Below are positions 19,399 to 28,259 of a stretch of 64,000 bases of DNA, piece by piece. This DNA comes from Thermoplasmata archaeon. Its GTDB lineage: Archaea; Thermoplasmatota; Thermoplasmata; Thermoplasmatales; GCA-001856825. The first letter of the stretch is position 1. Each line of letters begins with the position of its first letter. Where the stretch lies: contig JAKAXD010000001.1 in the NCBI GenBank assembly GCA_021816725.1, forward strand, positions 313,257 to 377,256, read 5' to 3'. The notes under the pieces were generated by a model. It made no database searches, was not told the DNA's origin, and saw nothing but the letters and a program-made list of their open reading frames with translations. The position numbers were made by a program, and so were the translations under genes.

Positions 19399-20403
19399 CT
19401 AAACGTACTTGTTTTTGGCTCCCACCAATATGGCTAATACCTTTATATCATTTTTCATAGTCTCATCGATCCTTGCGCCCCAGATAATTCTCGCATTTGG
19501 GTTTATCCTCTTCTTTATTTCGTCAAGAACTGTATGCGCCTCTTCTACTGACATGTTTGAACTGCCGGTAACAGAAACTATTGCTGAGGTGGCAGTTGAT
19601 ATTTCGAGGTCCAGCAGTGGAGAACTTAGCGCCTTCTTTGCAGCCTCCAGAGCTCTCTCCTGTGAACCCGATTGCCCCATACCGATCATGGCTGTTCCCC
19701 CATCCTTCATAACAGTCTTCAAATCGTTGAAATCAAGATTTACCAGTCCCGGCTTGGTGACGAGTTCAGTCAATCCCTTTATGGATTTCATGAGGGTCTC
19801 GTCTGCGAACCTGAAGGCCTCATTTAGGGGCAATCTTGGTACTATCTCCAGAAGTTTATCGTTGGGTATGATAACAATCGTATCTGATTTCTCCTTCAGT
19901 TTTTCAAGTCCCCACAGGGCATTCTCCTTCCTCATAGTACCCTCTGACGAGAATGGAGTGGTTACGACTGAAATTACCAGGGCCCCTGCATTCTTCGCCA
20001 CTTCCGCTACAACTGGTGCTGAGCCTGTGCCTGTTCCCCCTCCCATGCCTGCAGTTATGAACACGATATCTGCCCCTTCAACTGCCTCGTTGATGTCTAT
20101 TTCTGCCTCCCTTGCAGACATTTCACCTATCTGTGGTATTGCCCCGGCTCCGAGCCCCCTAGTTGTCCTCTTCCCCAGTAAGATCTTCTTGGAGGCCTGA
20201 GTGAGCAGCAGATGCTGCGCATCCGTATTTGCTGCTATTATGTCTGCGCCCTGTATTCCCTCCTCCATTATCCTGCTGATGGTGTTTGATCCTGATCCTC
20301 CGCAGCCGAAAATTTTGATGCTTGTTTTCAAGCTTTTCAAAACTTCTATTAACTCCGCGTCGGTGTCTTGAAATGTTTCGTTGTCAGGCATACTAACTAC
20401 CAC
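19399..20403 (-). CDS. ftsZ: Cell division protein FtsZ (FtsZ1 type)
   Basis: GCGGSGSN, NTDAQHL, GMGGGTGTG, T7 loop NLDFND, IWGA. Confidence 0.96.
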   Translation of the reverse strand: MVVSMPDNETFQDTDAELIEVLKSLKTSIKIFGCGGSGSNTISRIMEEGIQGADIIAANTDAQHLLLTQASKKILLGKRTTRGLGAGAIPQIGEMSAREAEIDINEAVEGADIVFITAGMGGGTGTGSAPVVAEVAKNAGALVISVVTTPFSSEGTMRKENALWGLEKLKEKSDTIVIIPNDKLLEIVPRLPLNEAFRFADETLMKSIKGLTELVTKPGLVNLDFNDLKTVMKDGGTAMIGMGQSGSQERALEAAKKALSSPLLDLEISTATSAIVSVTGSSNMSVEEAHTVLDEIKKRINPNARIIWGARIDETMKNDIKVLAILVGAKNKYV

Positions 20404-20494
20404 TTTGACAAATTATTTCGATATTTATATGTGATGCTGCAAGACCAAGTTATAATCCCAATATCATGAAACTCATCTTCGATAGGAAAAGATG

Positions 20495-21301
20495 TCAGTC
20501 GTCCTTCCTCGCATATCCATGCGCCATGGACTTATTCGCTAGGACAAACGATTTCTCCCCGTAGAATCCAACGGCACCTAGGGAATATTTCGAATTGCCT
20601 GCGATCGATTCCCATTCTTTCTCAAGAGTGTCCCTGTTACAGTAGAGATCATAGGATAACTGTCTCCTGATTATCTCCTCTCCGATCCCAGTTGCGGCTA
20701 TGCCAAAGCCATTCTTCACCAGAATCCCAGAGCCGGGAATGGGAGTGTCTCCAACCCTTCCCCTCATCATCGGGCTGGAACCCCCAGTGGACAGTGCTGC
20801 CGCAATCTTTCCGTTGAAGTTTGCAACAGCGCCAACTGTGTCCACAGACATTGCCTCTTTGTAGAGGAACCTGGGATCCTTTTTTGCTTCTGCCTTCGCC
20901 TCTTCCAATCTCTTCCTTGCTTTATCTGTCGTAGGATCATACATGGGATGGCCTTTCTCCCTGGCAAACTTGGTTGCTCCGTCTGCGCATAAAATAACGT
21001 GGGGGCTACCCTCCATAACCTCCCTCGCGACCTGGACTGGATTCTTAACGAATTCTATGTTTATAACAGCTCCGAAATTACCATCTATCATCACAGCGGC
21101 ATCCATCTGGATGCTTCCATCCAGCCTCATTACAGAACCTGTGCCGGCGTTGAAGTTAAGGTCGTCTTCCATGTATTTTACTGCGGCTACTACGGCATCA
21201 ATGGGATCTTGGTAGTTGATTGCATACGACGCGTATTTGTTAAGCAAACCGCTCAGCTCATTACTACTTCCGACACCGCCATGAAGAATGATCTGTCTCA
21301 T
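20495..21301 (-). CDS. Isoaspartyl peptidase/L-asparaginase (Ntn hydrolase)
   Basis: HGGVG, FNAGTGS, DTVGAV cleavage site, GRVGDTPIPGSG, TGIGE. Confidence 0.9.
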   Translation of the reverse strand: MRQIILHGGVGSSNELSGLLNKYASYAINYQDPIDAVVAAVKYMEDDLNFNAGTGSVMRLDGSIQMDAAVMIDGNFGAVINIEFVKNPVQVAREVMEGSPHVILCADGATKFAREKGHPMYDPTTDKARKRLEEAKAEAKKDPRFLYKEAMSVDTVGAVANFNGKIAAALSTGGSSPMMRGRVGDTPIPGSGILVKNGFGIAATGIGEEIIRRQLSYDLYCNRDTLEKEWESIAGNSKYSLGAVGFYGEKSFVLANKSMAHGYARKDD

Positions 21302-21320
21302 GGGACTGAATGCGTCAAGG

Positions 21321-21332
21321 ATAAATATTTAT
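21321..21332. promoter_or_regulatory. Palindromic bidirectional TATA element
   Basis: ATAAATATTTAT is centred exactly between the divergent ATGs at 21301 and 21352. Confidence 0.6.
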
Positions 21333-21351
21333 TACGCGCGTTGTTCAATAA

Positions 21352-22275
21352 ATGATGTGGTTAAATCGTGACATCGTTTCTATTGGCGACTTCAGCGTTG
21401 ACGAGATAATGGAGATAATTGACAAAGCGAACAAGATGGTCCAATATGCAAGTTCAGGCCATCCTGAAAGACCACTTTCTGGCAAAATAGTTGCTACGTT
21501 GTTCTACGAACCTAGTACGAGAACGAGGCTGAGCTTTGAGTCTGCAGCAATGAGGATGGGTGCAAGGGTGCTCGGGTTCGGATCGCTTGAGGGGAGTTCT
21601 GTCGCTAAGGGGGAAACGCTCTCAGACACTATAAGGATAGTCAACAGTTATTCAGACGCAATTGTGCTAAGGCACCCTGCCGAAGGGGCTGCCAGGCTTG
21701 CCTCAGAATTCGCAGACGTTCCAGTTATAAATGCAGGAGACGGTGCTGGGCAACATCCAACCCAGGCACTCCTGGACATTTTTACCGTATGGAAGGAATC
21801 CGGTCCTGTGAACGGAAAAAGCATTGGCTTCGTAGGAGATTTGAAGTACGGACGGACAGTGCATTCACTCAGCAAGGCCCTCTCGATGTTCGACGTCTCC
21901 CTTTACTTCATTTCACCTGATGAACTGAAGATTCCAAAACACATAAAGAAAGACATTGAAAAGAGGGTTCCTGTAAGGGAGACTAGGAATTTAGAGGATG
22001 TGATCGAGGAGCTGGACGTTCTGTACGTCACAAGGATCCAGAAGGAGAGGTTCCCTGACATTGAGGAATACAAGAAAGTTGCGGGAATATACGTAATAAG
22101 GCCATCTCTCATATCGAGGGGTAAAAAGAACCTGATCATAATGCATCCGTTGCCAAGAGTAGATGAGATACCTCCTGAGATAGACCATCTCCCTCAGGCC
22201 AGATACTTCAAACAGGCATCCTACGGTGTGCCAGTCAGGATGGCAATTCTTGATCTTATACTGAGGGGTGAGTAG
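21352..22275 (+). CDS. pyrB: Aspartate carbamoyltransferase catalytic subunit
   Basis: FYEPSTRTRLSF, HPTQ, GDLKYGRTVHS, RIQKER, HPLPR. Confidence 0.97.
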   Translation: MMWLNRDIVSIGDFSVDEIMEIIDKANKMVQYASSGHPERPLSGKIVATLFYEPSTRTRLSFESAAMRMGARVLGFGSLEGSSVAKGETLSDTIRIVNSYSDAIVLRHPAEGAARLASEFADVPVINAGDGAGQHPTQALLDIFTVWKESGPVNGKSIGFVGDLKYGRTVHSLSKALSMFDVSLYFISPDELKIPKHIKKDIEKRVPVRETRNLEDVIEELDVLYVTRIQKERFPDIEEYKKVAGIYVIRPSLISRGKKNLIIMHPLPRVDEIPPEIDHLPQARYFKQASYGVPVRMAILDLILRGE

Positions 22276-22746
22276 ATGACAGAAGAGAAGATGCTGAAGG
22301 TCGAGAAAATAAGACGTGGGACTGTGATCGACCACATCCCAGTTGGAAGGGCATTCAAGGTGCTCAAGATATTGAAGATCTCAAGCGATCCAGGGGTGAC
22401 TGTTAGCATTGCTATCCACGTGAAGAGCAAGAAGATGGGATTGAAGGACGTTGTAAAGATAGAAGACAGGATACTGGATTCATCGGAGCTCAACAAGATT
22501 GCGCTCATAGCAGATGGCGCAACAATCACAATAGTTGAGGATTACGGCGTTATCAAGAAGTTCGTCGTTAAGCTTCCAGACATAATTACAGGAATACTCA
22601 AATGCAGCAACCTAAAGTGTGTATCCAACATGGAAGGGAGCATAATCCCGTCTTTTACACTTATTTCAAAAGAACCGCTTACGATAAAGTGCCACTACTG
22701 TGAAAGGGAGATGGAAACGGAAGAGATTGTTGAGAATATCCTTTAG
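22276..22746 (+). CDS. pyrI: Aspartate carbamoyltransferase regulatory subunit
   Basis: GTVIDHI, KDVVKIE, CSNLKC...CHYCE Zn site. Confidence 0.96.
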   Translation: MTEEKMLKVEKIRRGTVIDHIPVGRAFKVLKILKISSDPGVTVSIAIHVKSKKMGLKDVVKIEDRILDSSELNKIALIADGATITIVEDYGVIKKFVVKLPDIITGILKCSNLKCVSNMEGSIIPSFTLISKEPLTIKCHYCEREMETEEIVENIL

Positions 22747-22756
22747 ATAGACTGCC

Positions 22757-23416
22757 TCATCCCTCCTTGTGGATGGTGATCTCTATCTTGTCTCCATCCT
22801 TCAGTCCATACTTCGACCTGAGATTGCTTGGTGAAATTACCTCAAGCACCCTGTCATAATGTGTCCTTTCCGGGAGTACTACCCCGACTGGAGCGTCGAA
22901 CATCTGAGCCTTTAGGAGTTTTATTGCACCGAACTTCCTCCCATCCTGCTCAAATGGTTCCACCTCGAACCCGGGTATGTTGTTGATAATTGTGCTGAAA
23001 GTCGAATATTCCTCTGTGAATCTCAGATTAAGCGTCCCAGGGAATGGCTCAAAATTAAGGTATTCCTTGATCTTGCTGACGTAACCGCCTCTAGAGATGT
23101 AGTACGATCCTTCCCCCAGTCCCGTGAAAAGTGTTCCTTCTACTATTATGTCATTAGATTCGCTCAAAATATATCGTATGGTGTTAAGCTGATCCTTTAG
23201 TTCATCAAACGTCTTCTCGGTAAGCGTGATCTCTTCACCACGAGCTACCCTTCTTCTGACGATGTAACCCTCTCTTTCAAGTGTAATCAGGTATCTGGAA
23301 ACAGATTGCTGGGAAATACCCAGTTCCCTCGCAATATCAGAAGTGTTGAGAATTTTCTTTCCCCCTCTGTGATTGAGAGCGATAGTCTTAAGGAAATCAA
23401 GTATCACAGGTTTCAT
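22757..23416 (-). CDS. ribK: CTP-dependent riboflavin kinase with N-terminal winged HTH (RbkR-type)
   Basis: ELGISQQSVSR HTH, GLGEGSYY, PFPGTLN, PERTHY, LEVISPSNLR. Confidence 0.92.
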   Translation of the reverse strand: MKPVILDFLKTIALNHRGGKKILNTSDIARELGISQQSVSRYLITLEREGYIVRRRVARGEEITLTEKTFDELKDQLNTIRYILSESNDIIVEGTLFTGLGEGSYYISRGGYVSKIKEYLNFEPFPGTLNLRFTEEYSTFSTIINNIPGFEVEPFEQDGRKFGAIKLLKAQMFDAPVGVVLPERTHYDRVLEVISPSNLRSKYGLKDGDKIEITIHKEG

Positions 23417-23745
23417 ATCTTTCTCACTACACCCTTCGAGACTGATGTGACTCTGCAATTCAAGTTCCTTAAGGTGGTCGTAAGCGCCCTGTCATTAGTT
23501 ATAACCGTTCCGCCATATTTCATTGCGGCTTCTATGATCCCCCTATCGCCACTTGATTCCACATTAAGTATTTTGTACCTGCCTGTGGTCTCCAGCGCTA
23601 GTCTTGCATTTGAATCCTTCACTGACAATTTCTTCAGTTCCCTTATCGCTGAAGTTGGGATCCCTATCTCCTCACTGATGAATTTCTCCAGAGGAATCTT
23701 TTCCTTTATCGAGTAAATAAGGGCGTTTGTGTCCAGTATTATCAA
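23413..23745 (-). CDS. PIN-domain protein (Fcf1/Utp24-like ribonuclease)
   Basis: ILDTNAL, REL, GD and VITNDRAL acidic PIN motifs. Confidence 0.85.
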   Translation of the reverse strand: MIILDTNALIYSIKEKIPLEKFISEEIGIPTSAIRELKKLSVKDSNARLALETTGRYKILNVESSGDRGIIEAAMKYGGTVITNDRALTTTLRNLNCRVTSVSKGVVRKI

Positions 23746-24359
23746 TTCTTTTTCACCAATATGCCAAGGGCGTAGTTCTTCCTGATTCTGTCTATCCTGA
23801 CCGTCACCTTCTGTCCTTTCTTAGCTCCAGGAATTATCACCGTTATGTCTCCCTTTATCGAAATTCCATCCCCGTCCCTGTTTAGGTCCGTGACCTCAAG
23901 TTCGTACGTCTTCCTTTCTTCAATCTTCTCCTCTGAATATTTTATCTCTTTATGGGCATGAAGTGGCCTCTCTGCCCCACACGCCTTACACCGTATAACT
24001 TCATTCCTGAACTCCCTTATCATCTCAGTGTCGTAGTTACCGCATTCATAGCACTGCACGTAGGTCCTCAGATATTCCTGGAAAGCTTTCTCTATACTCC
24101 CTTCTGGAGGTTTTCCCTTGAATATGAGCCTACCATCTGATATGTCCCCGGACAGACCAAACTGTTTGATAAGGAACTTGTAAACATGAGACTCATCCCT
24201 GTTGATCACATCGACAATTTCCTTGAAATTTTTAATTATCGTCAGTTTTCCTTCCGTTATAATTTCTGGTTTGGGAATTTGGAATCTCTTCTTTTCCTCC
24301 CTTTTCTGTACAGAGGATTTGACCTTCTTAAGCATCTCAGAATAATCTCTTTCTTCCAC
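23742..24359 (-). CDS. eif2b: Translation initiation factor aIF2 beta with C-terminal TRAM domain
   Basis: RFQIP, NFKEI, CYECG...CKACGA Zn ribbon, GDGI...IPGAKKGQKV TRAM domain. Confidence 0.92.
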   Translation of the reverse strand: MEERDYSEMLKKVKSSVQKREEKKRFQIPKPEIITEGKLTIIKNFKEIVDVINRDESHVYKFLIKQFGLSGDISDGRLIFKGKPPEGSIEKAFQEYLRTYVQCYECGNYDTEMIREFRNEVIRCKACGAERPLHAHKEIKYSEEKIEERKTYELEVTDLNRDGDGISIKGDITVIIPGAKKGQKVTVRIDRIRKNYALGILVKKN

Positions 24360-24393
24360 TCAAAGAGATTGGAACCTGCTTAAAGAATTTTTA

Positions 24394-24478
24394 CAAGTGT
24401 CAGAAATTTAGCATCATGAATGACAACATTTGACACTTGGCAAACATAGTCACGTCAGATGACATCTCCTGTATGACA
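24394..24478. repeat. Cluster of TGACA/TGTCA motifs, including a 9-bp inverted repeat
   Basis: CAAGTGTCA (24394) and TGACACTTG (24431); TGACA at 24421, 24460 and 24474; GTCA at 24449 and 24454. Confidence 0.6.
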
Positions 24479-24671
24479 TTAGGAAAAGAACGTGTCGAAC
24501 AATTTCACTCGGCTATTGATTAGAGTTGATATAAATATTACATATTAGAGCTAAAATTTATTTTATTATAGTTAGATTTATTTTAGGTAACTACTAAATT
24601 GGTTGTACGCCATGATTAGAAATATTTAAATACAGTTATGTTTATGTCATACTCAAGAGGATTGATTCAAA

Positions 24672-25094
24672 GTGGATTCTAGTAGTACCAGGAGAATTGC
24701 CCTTCGTCTGACACCACAGGAGGATGATGAAATCAATGACTTTCTCAGCACATCACTGCGATTCAAGACAAAGTCTGAATTGATACGAGCTGCAGTCTAT
24801 TCGTATATTCAGCATCCCCAGACACAACAAGCACCTGTCGAGACTTCTGAGATGAAACTTTCAAAAGCAACTCTAATCACTTTGGATCAGATGGTCATGA
24901 AGGGCCTCTTTAAAGATAGGTATGATGCAATAGAATTCATCATAAGGAAGGTCAATGAAGAGCACTTCCTGCCCATGTGGCTTAACAAACTTGTCAGGGG
25001 ATACCTTGACGACAGGAACCTTTTGAATTTCGAAGATCTTCAATTCGAAGAAAAAGGTGGGGAACGACAGAAGGGTGAAAAAAGTGATAGATGA
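24672..25094 (+). CDS. Tandem ribbon-helix-helix DNA-binding protein (CdrS-like context)
   Basis: RRIALRLT..E...I......FKTKSELIRAAV (RHH1) and MKLS...LDQMV..GLFKDRYDAI (RHH2). Overlaps the FtsZ-like gene. Confidence 0.78.
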   Translation: MDSSSTRRIALRLTPQEDDEINDFLSTSLRFKTKSELIRAAVYSYIQHPQTQQAPVETSEMKLSKATLITLDQMVMKGLFKDRYDAIEFIIRKVNEEHFLPMWLNKLVRGYLDDRNLLNFEDLQFEEKGGERQKGEKSDR

Positions 25095-25845
25095 AAATAG
25101 ATCCGGTCTATTATACAAAGTGAAAAGCGGCCTTAAGAGTGATAGAAAATTTCTAGAACCTTCCATAGTGTGCGTAGGCATTGGTGGAGGGGGTTGCAAT
25201 ATCGTGTCTGAATTGAGCAACAAGAGAAGGGAGGTTAACTTGTACTGCCTTAACACCGATGCTCTTTCCAATGCAAAGCGTAGCGACGTTACATCAGTAA
25301 ATGTTGGTGCAGATTACATTCTGGACAACAGGGATTCTGGGGGGTATGTAGAAGTTGCAAAAAAGGCATTCAAGGAAGATTCTGCGATGATAGACGTCCA
25401 GGTACTTAGAAGAGCGGACCTGGTACTTGTTGTTACAACTCTTGGCGGTGGAACTGGATCAGGCGGTGTGATTGAAATTGTGAGGCTTCTTAAGATGGAG
25501 AACACGCCCTTCAAGATATTTGCGGTGAGACCATTCGAATTTGAGGATAAGAGGAAAGAAGTAGCAGATCTGGCAATTGCCCAGCTCAGGAAAGAGACAG
25601 ATCACATCGATATATACGATAACAATGAGTTTGAGTCAATAGCAGAAATAAACAAGAGGATCAAGGAGGATATGGATTCAACAATTGACAGTCAGTTAAA
25701 GCTTTACGACACAATCTATGGGAAGTACAGCGATTCATTTGATCGTATCATAGAAGAAACATTGGATGAAGTGCTAAACGAGGAAGTCGTTACGATAGAT
25801 ATAGAGGTTGATCCAATAGAAACACAGGTCTCCAAACCTCATTAA
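25057..25845 (+). CDS. Divergent FtsZ/tubulin-family protein, GTP-binding domain only (start may be GTG 25075 or 25084)
   Basis: VGIGGGGCN, LNTD, TLGGGTGSG, RPFEFE and DNN are present. No NxDxxD T7 loop or C-terminal domain; acidic tail. Confidence 0.85.
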   Translation: MGNDRRVKKVIDENRSGLLYKVKSGLKSDRKFLEPSIVCVGIGGGGCNIVSELSNKRREVNLYCLNTDALSNAKRSDVTSVNVGADYILDNRDSGGYVEVAKKAFKEDSAMIDVQVLRRADLVLVVTTLGGGTGSGGVIEIVRLLKMENTPFKIFAVRPFEFEDKRKEVADLAIAQLRKETDHIDIYDNNEFESIAEINKRIKEDMDSTIDSQLKLYDTIYGKYSDSFDRIIEETLDEVLNEEVVTIDIEVDPIETQVSKPH

Positions 25846-25936
25846 TCTTTTTTATATATTTCCCCTTTATACCAGACATTTTCTAGGCCCCCCGCATTAA
25901 GGAAAATACATATTGGCTGTTTTCATTACAATTCAA

Positions 25937-26686
25937 ATGGCATTCCTAGAAGTTTTATTAAAACAGATTAACCCTGTTAACGGAGTTGAGGCAAATGAAA
26001 GGATAATAAATAATACGTTGCATGAGAAATTTGACATAGCCATATTCCCTGAAATGTTCTACTCTGGATATCTCTTAAGGGATGAAATAAACTTCTTTTA
26101 TGTTAACCAGGATTTTGTTCGTACCATACAGAAGAGGATTGGGGGGAGGATGCTTATCTTCGGTGCCCCGCTAAAGGAAGGGTATCTCTATAACACAGCC
26201 TTTGTCGTAACAGCTGATTCAGTGAAGATATACAGGAAAAGGCACCTACCGAACTTTGGGCCCTTTGAGGAGATGAGATACTTCCAGCGCGGTAGGCAAC
26301 CTTTAACTGTTGATTTCAAGGGTCTTAGGGTTGGAATAGAGATATGCTATGATCTCTTCTTTTCAGATTCGGTGGAGAAGGGAATAGATATTCTTGTCAA
26401 TATTTCTGCATCCCCTTTCACCTCTTACCCATTTTTCGAAAAGATGCTTCCTGCGAGGGCAATTGAATCCCAGTCTTATGTCGCATATGTGAACACTGCT
26501 GGCCTCCAGAGAAATCAGGTTTTCTGGGGAGGAAGTCGGGTGCTTGACCCGGATGGAAAGGAGGTGCTGTTACTGAAGAAATTCAGGGAAGATTCTGGAA
26601 CAGCAGTTATTGATACGTCGGTAATTGAACTAGGCAGGAGGAAGAGGAGGGTGTTGAGCGAGGTACTTGATGAGCTTTCGGAATGA
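25937..26686 (+). CDS. Carbon-nitrogen hydrolase (nitrilase superfamily)
   Basis: FPE, YRKRHL and ICYD give the Glu-Lys-Cys triad; ARAIE. Confidence 0.9.
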   Translation: MAFLEVLLKQINPVNGVEANERIINNTLHEKFDIAIFPEMFYSGYLLRDEINFFYVNQDFVRTIQKRIGGRMLIFGAPLKEGYLYNTAFVVTADSVKIYRKRHLPNFGPFEEMRYFQRGRQPLTVDFKGLRVGIEICYDLFFSDSVEKGIDILVNISASPFTSYPFFEKMLPARAIESQSYVAYVNTAGLQRNQVFWGGSRVLDPDGKEVLLLKKFREDSGTAVIDTSVIELGRRKRRVLSEVLDELSE

Positions 26687-28223
26687 TCTGTTCCTTGCAA
26701 AAGTTTTGAACACTGAGCTCAAGTACCAGTACTTGAAAAATACGCCCAGGTTCCAGAAAAACGATAAGCAGTCTATAGCAAGTTCAAAGAAGTACCTGAC
26801 AAATACAGTCAGGTCGTCAATATATGTAAACACAATTATCTATGCAATAATATCCATCTCATTCGGAGCAATTTCGACTGAATCAAATGCATCCAATAAC
26901 AGCTTCATCCTGTTTCTCCTCCTTCTTATACTTGCAATAATGAGCGATACCCAGTTTTACAGGGGGGTCTGGGACATGAAACTTCTTACCCCTCTTTCTC
27001 AGCTTCCATTGAAAGTAGAGAAAAGGGTTGTCCCATTCTCCCTATTTCTATATAACGAGCTATACCTCCCCTTTGTAACTATACCAGCTGGCGTTGTGAT
27101 ATCGATTGGAATGAGAAGCCCTCTTCCAATAGTTGTTTTTTCCCTCTTTACGGTACTTTTCATTTACGTCGCGAGACTCGTCTCTCTCCTATTGGGTGTC
27201 ACATTCATCAAAACAAATACAAACAGGAGAACAAAGAGACTATACCTGGGTCAGGTTTTCCAGGTGGTAATTTTTGTTATCTTTATCCTGGCAATTGAGA
27301 TTGCTGCTAACCCGTCTTTTCAGGGTTACGTTAAAATACCACCATTCCTCTATTATTTTGTCCCTGTTGCTTCGCAGTACATTTCTACCCTTTCTGTGTA
27401 TCCATTCGCATCGTTTGGCATGGTGTTTGCGATTGTTTACCCTTCATATCTTTACGTTCAGAAAAGAAGTTTCACCGAAAGGATGGAAACATTTGCAGAT
27501 GTATCAGGGGGTGCGAAAAAGAACTTAGCGCTCAAGATAAGTAAACCTGTGAGATCCCTCATGGACAAGGATTTTAAGGTGATACTCAGGAGGAGGGGCG
27601 CAATCATGATAATGGTCGTACCTGTCACATTCATAATTCCAATCATTCCAACCCTGCTTACTGTCTCTTCTGGGACGCTGGAATCAGTATTCTACATACC
27701 CTACATTTCTCTTGTCTTCCTCATTGATTTCGTGCTCATGATCGGCCTTGAGGGAAAGGCTGCCTGGCATCTCTCAGCACTACCGATCACAAGGAGGCAG
27801 TTCTTTTTCTCAAAGCTCTTAAGCATATTCATCATCGGCCTGGTATATTACGGCGCTATAGTTGCAATAGTCGGCGTAGTAAACAAGGGAATGGTTTCGT
27901 ACATGTTGTTCAATTACCCTTTCTTCGCCATCATACTGACTGCCGTGCTTTTCGCAGGTGGTACATATCTTGTAAATGCCATACCTAATGAGGTCTATAC
28001 GCTCTCCCAGGAAGGAATAGGGGGGAGATGGGTATTCATGAAGACATTCATCATCGGCCTGCCGATCATTGTACTAAATGCGCTCGCGTTTGAATTTGCA
28101 AAATACATTATAGCATTCAGCATCTCCTATTACATCAAGGGGTATGCACTGACTATAGCCATAGATGCACTGGTCTCGTATCTATTTCTCAGGTTTTTCA
28201 TAAGGAAGGGGGCTCACTTTTAG
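26670..28223 (+). CDS. Polytopic membrane protein, ABC-2 type permease-like
   Basis: About 12 TM segments in two halves, with LSQLP, KDFKVILR and EGKAAWHLSALP patterns typical of such permeases. Confidence 0.65.
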   Translation: MSFRNDLFLAKVLNTELKYQYLKNTPRFQKNDKQSIASSKKYLTNTVRSSIYVNTIIYAIISISFGAISTESNASNNSFILFLLLLILAIMSDTQFYRGVWDMKLLTPLSQLPLKVEKRVVPFSLFLYNELYLPFVTIPAGVVISIGMRSPLPIVVFSLFTVLFIYVARLVSLLLGVTFIKTNTNRRTKRLYLGQVFQVVIFVIFILAIEIAANPSFQGYVKIPPFLYYFVPVASQYISTLSVYPFASFGMVFAIVYPSYLYVQKRSFTERMETFADVSGGAKKNLALKISKPVRSLMDKDFKVILRRRGAIMIMVVPVTFIIPIIPTLLTVSSGTLESVFYIPYISLVFLIDFVLMIGLEGKAAWHLSALPITRRQFFFSKLLSIFIIGLVYYGAIVAIVGVVNKGMVSYMLFNYPFFAIILTAVLFAGGTYLVNAIPNEVYTLSQEGIGGRWVFMKTFIIGLPIIVLNALAFEFAKYIIAFSISYYIKGYALTIAIDALVSYLFLRFFIRKGAHF

Positions 28224-28259
28224 CCTTATTTTTATAACATCGCTTCACATGAAGGTCCA

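Noticed and set aside
19409..20200. Long antisense ORFs (also 17367-17900, 17879-18418, 29519-30115, 33786-34385, 38200-38808, 57509-58132)
   Set aside because: They shadow well-supported genes on the opposite strand and show no motifs of their own.
23413..23745. PIN protein as a VapC toxin of a toxin-antitoxin pair
   Set aside because: No adjacent antitoxin. It is coupled to aIF2beta and ribK, which fits a housekeeping RNA-processing PIN protein.
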